DNA of 64,000 bases from the human T2T-CHM13v2.0 reference genome, Homo sapiens, in the NCBI RefSeq assembly GCF_009914755.1, contig NC_060931.1; one strand, 5' to 3'. Positions 48,481 through 61,049 of this stretch are shown here, piece after piece; the stretch's first letter is position 1; each line of letters opens with the position of its first letter. The notes under the pieces were generated by a model. The model ran no database searches. It saw nothing but the letters and a program-made list of their open reading frames with translations, and was not told the origin of the DNA. The translations under genes and the position numbers were made by a program.

Positions 48481-48802
48481 TGACATGTTTGTCAGAATTT
48501 AAGTTGTGTAATTAGAGGGAAAGAGAAAAGTGCCACTTGTGTGCAAAACAAAACAGGAAAAGTGACACTGTGCGCTTCATGAGACCTGCTATTTGTCAAA
48601 CCTCTGTTTCAAAAAAGCAATATTGTTAACAGTCAGTGAGCAGCTTTTGGGATCTTAAAGCTTAAACGTTAAAAAAATTATTTAAATATTTAAACTCTCA
48701 AGTTCTATTAGAGCAGTGGCAAGCCACATATCTGCCCAGGTGAGCTCTCCCTTCTGTCCAATAGCATCTGACATTGCCAAAAAGGTAACCGCCCATCCCC
48801 GC

Positions 48803-49095
48803 TTTTTTTCTGAGACAGGGTTCACTTTGTAGCCCAGGCTGGAGTGCAGTGGTGTGATCGCAGCTCGCTGCAGGCCCGGCTTCCCGGGCTCAGGTGATCC
48901 TCTCACCGCAGCCTCAAGTAGCTGGGACTACAGGTGTGTCCCACCATGCCTGGCTAATTTTTTTTTGTACTTTTTTTGTAGAGATAGGGTTTCATCGTGT
49001 TGCCTAGGCTGGTCTCGAACTCCTGGGCTCAAGCAGTCAGCCCACCTTGGGGTCCCAAAGTGCTAAGATTAGAGGTGTGAGGCACTGTCCCCAGC
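48803..49095 (-). mobile_element. Alu (AluJ-like)
   Basis: Reverse Alu with ctcctgggctcaagc J-type features. Confidence 0.94.
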
Positions 49096-49849
49096 TGAGG
49101 CAACCCTTTTCACTCTGGTATATTTCACGGATCAGTCATTGAATGTTTTTTCTGAGTGGTGTCTTGCATTATCTGCCCTCTTTTCTTATCCTGCTACCAC
49201 TTGGCTGATATGCGGGCATTTGTCATTTTGGAAAATGCGCCGTCATGACTTCTTCCTGATTGGACTGGATTTATCTACCATTCAGTTGCTCTCTTTCCCT
49301 GGGCCAGCCTCTCCACCTGTAAAGGTCAGTGGGTACTTCAGGTTCTTTGGGTCCTGTACACTCGATGACATAATGTTACCTCCCTCCTCACTGCCCTTCA
49401 CCCAGCTGCTTGAGGAGACAGCACCTTGCCTGTAGCGTGTACATACTCCAGGCTACACTTGCAAATCCTTCTTTCTCCGTTCTTACTCTATTTAACTAAA
49501 TTCCAAGGTCAGAAATTGCCTTGTTTACTCACCCTGAGTAAACGGTTTCTTTCTAAATCTTAGATAGCTCTTTGGTCTTACCTCTTTAATGCAGCTCTTG
49601 TAGATTGATCAGGTGAGTACTGATAATTTCTTTTACTTATTAAAGCCTGCCATGAAATTTCCATGACTGTCTGACTTTTGACTTGATGTAGTACTTACTG
49701 GTTTTCTTGACTCTGAAACACACGTAGACTTGCACAATTACACTTACATATGTGATGATAAAACATATGATTAGGGACTGATTAGGGAATGTGAGAAAAA
49801 TCCCTCCCCATTTGCTGTTCATACCAAGGAATTCACAGTGTGCTCTGCA

Positions 49850-49990
49850 GGTAGGCAGCCTGGGTTTGAATTCAAGTTCTGCCACTTTCTAACCGTATAC
49901 TAAGTGAAGGTTATTTAAATGGTCAGAAGATTTCTGTGAGCATAATACCTACCTTGTAGGGTTGTGATAAGGATTAAATGAGACAGCATG
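49850..49990 (+). mobile_element. MIR fragment adjoining the MST LTR insertion
   Basis: cctgggtttgaattc...ctctgccact...acctaccttgtagggttgtgataaggattaaatgaga. Confidence 0.75.
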
Positions 49991-50352
49991 TGTATTAGTC
50001 TGTTTTCATACTGCTATAAAGAATACCCAAGACTGGGTAATTTATAAAGAAAAAAGGTTTAATTGACTCACAGTTCCGCATGGCTGGAGAGGCCTCAGGA
50101 AACTTACAATCATGACAGGAGGCAAAGGGGGAGCAAGCACCTTCTTCACGTGGTGGCAGGAGAGAGAGCAAAGTGGGGCAAGTGCCACTTTTAAACCATC
50201 AGATCTTGTGAAAACTCACATACCATTATGAGAACAGCGTGGGGGAAACTGCCCCCATGATCCAGTCACCACCCACCAGGTCCCTCCCTCCACTCGTGGG
50301 GATTACAGTTCGAGATGAGATTTGGGTGGGGATGCAGAGCCAAACCCTATCA
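49991..50352 (-). mobile_element. MSTA/THE1-family MaLR solo LTR
   Basis: TG...CA termini, diagnostic ggcctcaggaaacttacaatcatg, and a 5-bp TSD GCATG at 49986-49990 and 50353-50357. Confidence 0.93.
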
Positions 50353-50481
50353 GCATGGAAGTTCTGGCCTCCCACCAGTGATCCTCACTCTTCTCCCAGC
50401 TGCAGGGTGAAGAAGCCAGTCAGCATGGTCCTTCTCTAATGATATTATATAGTTAGAATACAAGTTAAAATAATTTCTCTT

Positions 50482-50788
50482 GGCCAGATGCAGTGACTCA
50501 CACCTGTAAACCCAGTGATTTGGGAGGCCAAGGTGGGAGGATCCCTTGAGGCCAGGAGTTTCAGACTAGCCTGGGTAACATAGTGAGACCCCATCTCTAC
50601 AAAAAATTTAAAAATTAGCCAGATATGGTGGCTCATGCCTGTAGTCCCGGGTTCTCTGGAGGCTGAGGCAAGAGGATCACTTGAGCCCAGGAGTTTGAGG
50701 ATGCAGTGAGCTGTGATCGCACCGCTATACTCCAGTCTGTGTGACAAAGCAAGACCCTGTCTCTTTAACAAAAAAAAAAAAAAAAAAA
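50482..50788 (+). mobile_element. Alu (AluJ-like)
   Basis: Alu consensus with J-type aggatcacttgagcccaggagtttgag; poly-A tail. Confidence 0.95.
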
Positions 50789-51489
50789 TTCTGTCATACA
50801 TGTAAGAACTCAGTTCTGTTAATTTTTCTGTCTCTAAACCAGTGATCACCCCAGATCTTGGCTTCTGTTTGGTCCTTGTGCACTGTATGTGTTTCACATC
50901 TGCTCAGCTTAAGAGCCTCAGGCAGTTCACTGCCCGAGGTCTAGGTTAGTACATCCTAACCTTTGTTACTTCCTTCCTTCATTCAGCCATTCAGCACCTC
51001 TCCCTGTGCTTTGTGGGCAGCTGGTTTTACAGCATGCCGCAGTACTTCCAGGTTGAGAATGTGAGGCTCGGGGAATACCTTGCTATTACAAACAGGCATT
51101 TCATTCATCCATTAAATATTTATGACCGCCTGTGTGCCAGGCACTGGGCCAAGTATGGAAACACATTGATGTGTAAGACAGGCCTGGTCTCAGCTCTCAC
51201 GGACCCGGCAGTTGAAGGGCAGAGAGAAGTGGAAGTGGATTGGAGACATTCAAGAGACAGAGTTTCTAGGACTTGCTGGTACTTTATGAGGGATTTCTGA
51301 TTTGAACTCAGAAATAAGAATGCAAGCAGGGAATCTATACTGATTTGGTTTTTACCATATATGGAAACATGGAAATATGACAGAAGATATGGAAATATGT
51401 CAGAAGCTATATATCGTATTTACAGTCTGGGCTGCTGTCTACAAAAAGGTGTAAAAATGATAACGACATGTATGGTGAACTTTTGTTAT

Positions 51490-51640
51490 TTGCTAGGTAC
51501 TGTCCTAAGGACTTTCCTGCCCCTGTGAGGTAGGTACTAATTGCTGTTTTGTAGATGAGCAAACTGAGGCCCAGACAGATTCAGTCATGAGCTCAAGGCT
51601 GTAGCTGGTAAGTGGCTGGGATGGAGACAGGGCTGGGAGA
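51490..51640 (-). mobile_element. MIR fragment
   Basis: tttgtagatgagcaaactgaggcccaga core. Confidence 0.7.
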
Positions 51641-52309
51641 GCTGTCAGGTTAGATGATGGGTGCTGCTTCTCAGCCTGAGCACCTACAGGATCACTGTAA
51701 GTTAGAATAAAGTTCTGCTTAAACATTAGTGATGGATTTTAAAGGCTTTTATTTTCCACTGAGTGTGGAAAAACTATCATGAGAGAATTTTCGGGGCTTT
51801 GTTACGTACCAGTAACATTCAGATGCCAGTGACTGTGCATTTAGACAGCATGTAAATAGTCAGTTAAAGGAAAGAAAGTTTTGGGAAGAGATGAAAATCA
51901 CAATATTAAAGTTCCAGGGAAATCTTCCAGGGAATCTGATAGTGCTTAGAGACCTAAGAGGTGATGTACCTAGTTCTCAGGTAGCTTGGAATTTTATGGA
52001 AAACTAAGTTTGTGGACTAAAGTCTTTGAGTTTCTTCTAATTCAGTAACTCTTTCCTTTTAGAAAAGGATGAAAGAGCTAAAGACAGAGTCCTTTTCCCT
52101 GATCACAACCTGTGGCAAAGTAAAAAATCGAACCTTGGTTGACTCTCCGCTCAGAGTGGAGTGGAGGCCAGTCTACTTTCCCAGTTACATTTTGCCTTAT
52201 CTATAATGAGAAAAATCTTTTTGAGGACTTGAAATTAGCTGCCTGATGGAAGGTAGGAAAGAAGGTTTATAAAGAGTCCTGCTGCAGCAGCCGCATGGCC
52301 AGTGCTGTG

Positions 52310-52812
52310 GTGCCCACCTTATCCGAGGGGCGTGTACTGGAAGACCCCCAGTAGAGACCATGGTTTTTCCTGTACATATATACCTAGGATAAAGTTTAAT
52401 TTACAAATTAGGCACAATAAGAGATGAACAGCAATAGCTAATCATACAATAAAACAGTTATTACTCTTGCATTTTGGGGCCATTATTAAGTAAAATATGA
52501 GTTACTTGAATGCAAGCTCTGCAGTACTGTGACAGTCAATCTAATAACCAAGACGTTGACCAAGTGACTAATGGGCTAGCAGGCAGGGAGTGTCTTCAGC
52601 ATGGATCCTCTGGACAAAGGTATGATTTCATTCCCCGGGCTGGACGGAGCAGGATGCCAAGAGATTTCATCATGCTACTCAGAAAGGTGTATGGTGTAAA
52701 ACTTATGAATTGTTTATTTCTGGAATTTTCCATTTAATATTTTCAGATTTCAATTGATGGTGGGTAACTCAACCCCAGAAAGTGAAACTGTGGATAAGTG
52801 AGGACCTCTGTA
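52310..52812. mobile_element. MER44/Tigger7-like DNA transposon relic
   Basis: ataaagtttaatttacaaattaggcaca...ggggccattattaagtaaaata...aaacttatgaattgtttatttctggaattttccatttaatattttcaga. Confidence 0.85.
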
Positions 52813-55800
52813 CTATTGAGGATGAGATTCATGGCAGTAAGATACAATCATGGAACTTAGAAGAACTACAGAATTTTCTAAGAAATGGAGTTTTTCAGTT
52901 CTAAGCCCAGTAAGAAAAGGAGTAATAAATATTAGGGCTTCACCTATTAAATAATGAAGATGGAAAGATCAGGACCTCTTTTAGCTTGTTCTAATTATAG
53001 GCAAAATTTAAAGAGAACTGGCACTTCCCTGGCATGAGAACTGAGTGACAAAAGGCCAGCTACAGAAGCAGCCCTTCTTTCTGCACCTGGGGAGGAGCCT
53101 GCCTACTGCTGGTTGGTCCTGTGGGAACAGTGTACCCTGCAACTGCACACTTGAAACTGGCACACTGGAAAGGGGTGAAGGGGAAACTGAGCCGGGATAG
53201 GAGAGAGTGGCAGTGTGTAATTACCTGTCATTCTGAATAACTGATACATTAAGCTTTGCTTTACTCTTTGTTAAAATTGGCAAAATAATTGTAAATTGAT
53301 AAAAAAATTTTCACACCCAGTGATGCTGATTTCCGGCTGTTAATACAATAAAAAAGTTTAAGGGTTAAGTGGAAATAGCCTCAGAGGACTCTCCCCCTTT
53401 CTCTAAAAGTACATTTTACTCTTCCTTTTCTCTCTGGCACCTCCCAATATCTGCTTTTTTAAGCCAGCTCATTAGCATAGTAGTGACTGATAGAGCTGAT
53501 GAGTTGCGAGCCCTGAAGTGTGCTGACTATGGTTGGGGCTGACGGCTTGTCAGCCCATCCGTAGCCGACTTTCACCTTCTGTCCTACTTCAGCATACTGT
53601 TCCTATATTTAAATGAAAAATCTGACCAAATGTATAATAGTGAGAATTTATATATATTTTTAACAAATAGACTGTTGGTAAAAATTAGCAGCAAGTCCAT
53701 TACTCGTGGTAGAAAGTGATGTTTAGATGCAGGTGGAAGCAGAGAAGAGGGGGAAGGAAGTGCGGCAAGGATGCCGAGGGCCTTGCAGGCAGAGGGGACA
53801 GCTGTGTGGTGGAATCACTAGAAGGTGCTCAGAGGTGTGAAGTTATCCTGGGCAGTGAGAGAAGGAGCTGCCCAGGGACAGGTGAAAAACTGCTGATTGA
53901 CACTGATGAGCCAGTTAAAATAAAACAAAAGCTTTTAGTGATTCCAGTTCATGGGATTCTTCGTGTTCCAGCCTTCAGGAGCCTGGCCACAGGGGTAGAG
54001 GAGTCAGAGGCTTGGGTATGTCTGGGCCCTGTGTCAGGCGTCTCCTGATACAGGGAGGTGGCCAGAGAGTGAAGCAGGGTCAGGAGGAGGTAAAGGTTCT
54101 GTACCAAGGGTTACAAGAGAAGCCGTTTTCTGTAGTGATTTTGCATTTTGGCTGAGACAGAAATGTAAGAGTGAAAATTTTTCAAGGAAATACCGGAGAT
54201 GGAAAGGGAAAGTGTGTATGTAATGTGACAAGTGTCCAGGTTCCACATTCTGACTTGGGGGTACACTACCATTTTTATGTCTAAGTCAGGGAAAAGTTGT
54301 AACCCAAATTTAGTAATTTTGATAAGATTTCTTATTATATGGGTTGAAACTCCCCCCACTGCGTTTTTATTATGTCGTGAATAAAATGAACCCTTGCAGA
54401 AGCTTTAACTTGGTTTTCTTGAATATTGAAATCCCTGATGTGGTTGAGTGAACTTACAGAAAAATAAAAATACTAAAATAGGGTTGTGACCTTGGACCAG
54501 TGATTTAATGTCATAAGTTTTAGCTTCCTCACTGTGTGTTGATGAGTTCATGGGGCCCTGGTATCGACAGTGGTGACAGTGTCATACCCAGGAATTCCTG
54601 GACTCTGCCAGTGGACCAGGGGCCTGAGTTCCCTTTGGTCCTCATTTTAAGGTGGCTGCTTAGAAAGCATTGGTTCTTGACTGGCCCTTAAGTTCTGCAA
54701 GAATCCCTGCAGTTGTCAGTCACTGTACGGTAGGGAGTGTGAAGGAGCGCTTGCTCAGCTATAAAAGTCTGTGAGTCCTGGCAAGTAGAAAGAATGGCCG
54801 TTCACATTGCTAGTACCTTCCTGTTTTGTCACCTAGACCGTGAGCCTTGATTTAGAACCCACTTCCCCAACTCTAACCCATGCTGAGACTTTGTTCTTAA
54901 GTCTTCTAATCTGGTTCCCACTAGGCATCAAGACCTACCAGAAAAGTGAGAAAATGAACATTTAATTCTGTCAGTCTCTTTGTGAGCACCTCCCAGGTTC
55001 CAGACTTGGCAGACAGGCCCACACCTCATGCCAGCTGTTCCTCGGGGCTCCTTCTCCGTGACCCAGTCCTGCTGTCACCTCACGCCCAGTGCGTGCCTGG
55101 CTGCACTAGTGCCAGCCAGATTTACCAGTTTGTCTTTCAACTGGTCTGTAATTTCAAGAACATCGACAGACCCACTCTTTGTGAGTTGGCTTGGACCTTG
55201 AGGATGCGCTAGTCCAGTTCACTTTTGAGATCATCCCCGGCAGGCGGTGCTCCTCCTCCTGAGTGCGTGCTTCTGTGGGTTGAGGATGTGTTCATTGCTG
55301 GGAGAGTGTTAGAAACCTCCTCCCTCTGTTGAATTGAAATCAGCCCCATCCAAACTCTTACCTAGGTGGTTGGGCAAACCATCATCAAACCTGCTTGTGG
55401 TTGATCTTGACTCAGTTACATGAAGAGAGCTATCATAACCACACTTAACGTTGGAAATGGTTTTTCATAGTTTCCAGAGGTGTTATTAATTTTGTATTTG
55501 TAAGCTAAAATGTCATACCCATTTTTCATTTGAAGAGTTTGCATTTGAGTGATTTTTACTTTTCACAACTATTATCTTGTTTCAGGCTGTGATATTGTCT
55601 CTTTTTGGTGTCTCAGTGACATCATTTTGATCCCTATGTTTTTCATTTCTCAATGCAAATTCTTCTAATGAATCTTACTGGTTCCTTTTGTATGTATCTG
55701 TTTGAAACCCCTCCCGTGTGCCTCCTCCCCCGAAATAAGTGTAGTCAAGTGTGCATTGAAACAGCTTAAGGAAACAGGCTGATTAATTGGAAAAGGATTT

Positions 55801-56018
55801 TTATTCAGAACCACCATTGCCAATTTGCGTGGGTTGGAAACAGTGTGATCAGTCAAACCTCTCTGCAAGCAGAGGCAGGCAGTTGTTTCTTTTATTCCGT
55901 GTCATTCTGAGAAGCATCATTTAAACATTTTTTTGAAATAATGCAGAACCTTGATTGCTAATTTATTGTCATTCAGAAAGTTTTGAAGATTATTTTAAAA
56001 CGTTTTGAAATGCTTGCA

Positions 56019-56116
56019 CAGCTACTCTGCAACTTACGATGGGGTTACATTAGGATGAGGCCGCTGTAAGTTGCAAACATCGTAAGTTGGACCATTGTAA
56101 GTCAGGAACTGTCTGT
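56019..56116 (+). mobile_element. Short MER47-like MITE
   Basis: aacttacgatggggttaca...catcgtaagttggaccattgtaagtcaggaactgtctg. Confidence 0.7.
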
Positions 56117-56449
56117 ATATGTCAGAATCATATTGATATACAAAACTAAAGATGGAATGCTAATGCTATACTTTATAAATAGAACATTTAAGTTACCTGG
56201 AGGAATACAATATTATTTTGGAGGAGATATATTCATGTTCACACCATGTGTTTCATTGACTTCAAACAAGAGATGAAAATATTTTTAAAACAAGAGGAAA
56301 AAACTTTGGCAGTGGGAGAAAGCAGGCAAGCTCATTGAAACTCCTCATGCAGATGTAGTAAGTAACAGTATGTAACGGCGTGTGCTATTAGAAGTAATTT
56401 TTCTAGCATATTATTAGCAAAGTAAAGATATTAAATATTCAAGAATATT

Positions 56450-56718
56450 GGCCAGGTGTTGTGGCTCATGTCTGTAATCCAAGTACTTTAGGAGGCTGAG
56501 GTGGAAGAATCATTTGAGCCCAGGCGTTCAAGACCAACTTGGGCAACATAGCAAGACCCTGCCTCTACAAAAAAACTAGCTGGATGTGGTGTCATGCTCT
56601 GTAAGTCCTAGCTACTCAGGAGGCTGAGGTGGAAGGATCCCTTGAGCCAAGGAGTTTGAGGCTACAATGAGCTGATTGCGCCACTGCACTCCAGCCTGGG
56701 TAACAGAGCAAGACCCTG

Positions 56719-56754
<36 letters not shown>

Positions 56755-56772
56755 TCTCTCTCTCCCTCTCTC
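56450..56772 (+). mobile_element. Alu (AluJ-like) whose tail is replaced by a (TC)n microsatellite (56718-56772)
   Basis: Alu body ending gaccctgtc runs directly into TC repeats. Confidence 0.93.
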
Positions 56773-58009
56773 AGGAAAAGAGATCCATATCAAAGCATTA
56801 TATCAGTGAATTTTCAAATTAATTAGGGGTAAAAGACCATGTATATGATATGTATTCTCACTTACAAATATATTCCTCAGTTACTGACATTTATTGGGTT
56901 CATTGTGTCTTAATTGATGTCTTTATCTAGAGAAGTGACACTCCCTAATGTCAGGCAATAGTATGCTGTGGATTTCCTTGTTTCACCTAAAGTCAAAAGC
57001 TACGAGATTTTCAGCTTTGGACTTTCTGTTGTACATGTTTCAATAAGTGCCTAAAGTTTATGTTTTTATAAAGATACAATATTTGTGTGTTAAACATTTC
57101 TTTATTATTTTGTAGCCAACAATCTTAAGGGTTTGTGGTGTTTATACTAGTGTTCATTTTGTCTATTCTGTCAATGCCATGGGTAGAACAGACTTTTGTA
57201 GGGAGAAGGAAGGGAAATGCACTGCGGAAGAGCATTTTCAGTGTTAGAAAATGTTGTTGTGTTTAGAGGGAACAGTGAGTTAGTGATAAAATGATAGGCC
57301 AAGGCATTGGGGTTGCAAGTGTGTGAGAAAGAAGAATGATACTTAAAAGTTGTGAAATATTGACTCAGTTTCAAAGAACAAGGTGCTATTAAATGAAAAT
57401 TATTTTGATGATAGTTAATAGTTAATTACTTCTTTTTGGAGCAGTGAAAAAGTGGTGAACATTTCTTTACCTTTATGCTGCTGCCTAGGTCAATACGGTG
57501 GTTTAAAAAAATCTCCATGAATACCTGAAAGACCAACTGAAAAAGGAAGTAATTTTAATTTGTCTCTAAAGAGTTCTAGTAACATGTAGTTTTTGAAAAA
57601 TGTTAATCTGTAAGAATTTGCTTAAAATTTTTTTATCCAGAGGACTCTGTGTACTATTTTTTCTGTAGTAATTTGGTTTCTTAAAACATTTCACATTTTT
57701 CTGTTAAGTCAGGAATTGCTGATTGAATTTCTTTTTCTTTTAAAGTGAAGCAGCTTCATAGCTGCAGCTTACAGTCCTGTTAAATAGCAAAGATGAGCAT
57801 CTTTAAAAAGATAAATGTCATGACATTTAGTGTTTTGGATTAATGGGAAATAGGCCAATAATTGCATGGATTTCAATAAGCTTAAAAATAATATTCTTGC
57901 GTTATAATGACATTAAAACATTGACTTAATTTCTAGTTGCTGCGTTTTGATTTTTGATCATTTAATATTGCAGAATCACCTGTTGTGTAACAGTTTTTAT
58001 GTTAATATG

Positions 58010-58372
58010 TGTGGTCATGTCTTGTGTAAGGATATTTTGGTTAATGGTGGACTGCATAGACAGCAGTGTTTCCATGAGATTATAATAGTGTATTTTATTG
58101 TAACCTTTTCTAGGGTTGGATATGTTTACATCCACAGATACTTAGCATTGTGTGACAGTTGCCTACAGTATTCAGTACAGTAACATGCTGCGCTGGTATG
58201 TAGCCTTGGAGCTACTAGTGTGTACTATACAGGCTAGGTGTGTAGAAAGCGCTACCATCTAGGTGCGCGTGTGTGTGTGTGTGTGTGTGATTACAATACA
58301 CTCTGTGGTGTTCGCATGATGGAATCACCTAAGGATGCGTGTCAGAATGTATCCTGTCATTAAGGATGCATG

Positions 58373-58410
<38 letters not shown>
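58010..58410. mobile_element. Tigger3/MER7-like relic with (TG)n microsatellites (58269-58289, 58377-58409)
   Basis: cagttgcctacagtattcagtacagtaacatgctg...taccatctagg...cctgtcattaaggatgcatgact. Confidence 0.8.
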
Positions 58411-58412
<2 letters not shown>

Positions 58413-58552
58413 AAGAGAAAGACAGTGACTGTTAGGAGACACGTTACTTGACATTTTTGAGGAAAACTTGGAACCAGGTCTATATTTCTAAAAATTACAT
58501 ACCATTTTTCTGTCCTTCACCCTGTTTCTCTGTTGTTGTTGTTGTTCTTTAG

Positions 58553-58685
58553 GGCCCTCCAGAATTTCCACAGCATACACCTGGACCTGTTCCCAACAGT
58601 TTCAGCCAGCCCCCACGACTCCCTCTCCAGGACCAGTGGAGAGCCCCACCCCCGCCTCAGGATCGAGACCCTTTCTTCTTAGGAG
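58553..58685 (+). CDS. RBM33: RBM33 coding exon (133 nt) GPPEFPQHTPGPVPNSFSQPPRLPLQDQWRAPPPPQDRDPFFLG
   Basis: Long pyrimidine/(TTG)n tract plus tttAG ending 58552; GGAG|GTACAG donor at 58686; phase 0 to 1. Confidence 0.9.
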
Positions 58686-59082
58686 GTACAGAAAGAGTGA
58701 GTGGTGTGGAGTAACAACAGAAGCTGCATTGGGTGATGTGCCCAAACACATTTATTTTGTAAACTGAATTGAACTCCCAGTTGGAGATGTTAGGAATGCC
58801 AGGTTTTTGTACCATAGCAGTTCTGCCTGTCATTTCAGGTGCTAAAATTGGACATTGTTGGTATCTGAAATCGGAACATCTCATATAAAAGGGAATTTAT
58901 GTATAGAAAATGACAAATGAAGCAATCTAGAAATAAGAGGCAAAATCTGGAATTGTTTCCAACATTCATAACCTGTCAACACTTGTGACTTCTGTCCACA
59001 GTAGGATAGTGCTTCAGACTGCTTTTCTGAGAAGCACATGGTCTTTTTAACCTGAAGTTAATGATGTTGTGTTACCTTTCAG

Positions 59083-59426
59083 TTTCAGGTGAACCAAGAT
59101 TCCCGAGCCATCTTTTTCTGGAACAGCGAAGTCCCCCTCCACCACCACCGCCTCCTACCCTTCTTAACAGTAGCCATCCTGTTCCTACTCAGAGTCCTCT
59201 ACCATTCACTCAGCCAGGACCAGCATTTAATCAGCAAGGACAGCAGCCAGTGTTCCCAAGAGAGCGGCCCGTACGACCAGCCTTGCAGCCTCCAGGTCCG
59301 GTGGGGATTCTGCACTTTAGCCAGCCTGGGTCGGCAACCACACGGCCCTTCATTCCTCCTAGACAGCCGTTCCTGCCAGGCCCAGGACAGCCGTTTCTGC
59401 CCACACACACACAGCCCAACCTGCAG
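59083..59426 (+). CDS. RBM33: RBM33 coding exon (344 nt) VSGEPRFPSHLFLEQRSPPPPPPPP...THTQPNLQ
   Basis: cctttcAG acceptor ending 59082; CAG|GTAATG donor at 59427; ORF 59061..59444. Confidence 0.92.
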
Positions 59427-59836
59427 GTAATGCATCCTGAGTGAACCTCCAGGGAAAAAATGTGTAGCTTCAAGGCTTTGTGTTCCATAAAGTTTCAGAT
59501 TTTTATTTGAGCCTACTAATTTGTGGTTATTTAAAGAATAGAGTATTAGTCTCAAATGTACTGTTTGTTAAAGACAACTTTTTTCAACAATGTTACTTAT
59601 CTCAATACAAGAAAAAAATGGGAAAATGTCATTTTTTGGGAATTGAAAAATGCTACTTATTATAATTGTTTAAAGGGTATACTACTAATAAAATTAGGAC
59701 ATGTTTTGATAATACATTTGCTCATCTGTATAAAATTTCATGAGAGGTTTACCAGTGGAAATACTTTGTCAAATTATATTCCTGCAGTAGACAGTTTTGA
59801 AAAGAGTCTTTGCATGGAGGGAAGAAGATGTTGCTG

Positions 59837-59956
59837 TTCACTGGTTATTTGAAGGCCTTGAGTGCCCTCTGCCGACCGGCTTCTGCTTCATGGGTTTTCA
59901 CTGGTTATTTGAAGGCCTTGAGTGCCCTCTGCCCATCGGCTTCTGCTTCATGGGTT
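59837..59956. repeat. Tandem duplication, 2 x 60 bp
   Basis: Units 59837-59896 and 59897-59956 differ at only 2 positions. Confidence 0.97.
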
Positions 59957-60737
59957 GACATGCGTCTGTAACATCTTTCTTACCAAGTGTATATTTCTTC
60001 TTGTATTGTAGGGTTACTATTAAAATACATAGCGATGGTAAACTTGAATCAACTATTTAAAAATACGTGGAATACGTATCTAAGCCAAAAACGGAAAATG
60101 AATATTATCTAGGGTGTTAAAGGAAGATAAAATGTTTTTAAGAATTTTTCTTTTTATTAAAAAAATGCAATTAATACATCCCCATTGCAGAAATTTTCAA
60201 GTATATATAAGAAAGGAAATTAAATACTCTCGTTACCTAGAAACAATTCAGGAGCTTTTTTTTTTGTCTTTTTTTAAATGCACATCTTCTCGCCACCTGC
60301 TTTTTCCCTCCAGTGTCACATATCATTTGATCTTTTCATGTCAGCGAGTTGGTTTTGATGCCATCGTTTGAGAGTGCTGTATGCGGTTCCCTTTCATGCT
60401 GTCTGTGTGGTTGCATGTGTGTATACTGGTTTCAGTACTTTAGTATCATAGTGCTACAGGGAACATGCTTTAGAGTTATGAGTTTGTCTGCATACCTAGT
60501 TTTCCTTAGGACAATTCAATCCTAGAATTACTGGATTAAATATAAAATTTAAGGTAATAGCTTCTGGCTTATTACTGCATTTTAGATAGTATTACCTTCA
60601 TCAGCAAGTCTAAAATGAAGTTTTGGTATCGCTGAAAGTTCCTTTCTTGTGTTGAGGTTTTTTAGGAAATGATTGAAGTGATTATGCCCGGTGTAACCAT
60701 TTATGAACTGTTGTTTCTCTTTCTTTGGAAATGGAAG

Positions 60738-61049
60738 GGGCCGTTGCATCCTCCATTGCCCCCTCCGCATCAGCCTCAGCCTCAGCAACCTCAGCAACAG
60801 CCCCCGCCACAGCACCAGCCTCCGCACCAGCCCCCGCACCAGCCCCCGCCCCAGCACCAGCCCCCACCCCAGCACCCACCACAGCACCCGCCGCAGCACC
60901 AGCACCACCACCACCACCACCACCTGTCCGTCCCGCCCCCTCCTTTGATGCCGATGTCTCAGCCACAGTTCCGGCCTCACGTACAGACCGCTCAGCCTCA
61001 GGCCAGCAGCAGCCGGATGCAGTGCCCCCAGCGCCAGGGGCTCCGGCAT
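60738..61049 (+). CDS. RBM33: RBM33 coding exon (312 nt), Pro/Gln/His low-complexity repeats with a His7 tract
   Basis: aAG acceptor ending 60737; CAT|GTAAGT donor at 61050; frame of ORF 60669..61112; phase 0/0. Confidence 0.9.

Noticed and set aside
53490-53525. Hammerhead ribozyme core CTGATGAG
   Set aside because: There is no stem II followed by GAAA and no compatible stems I/III.
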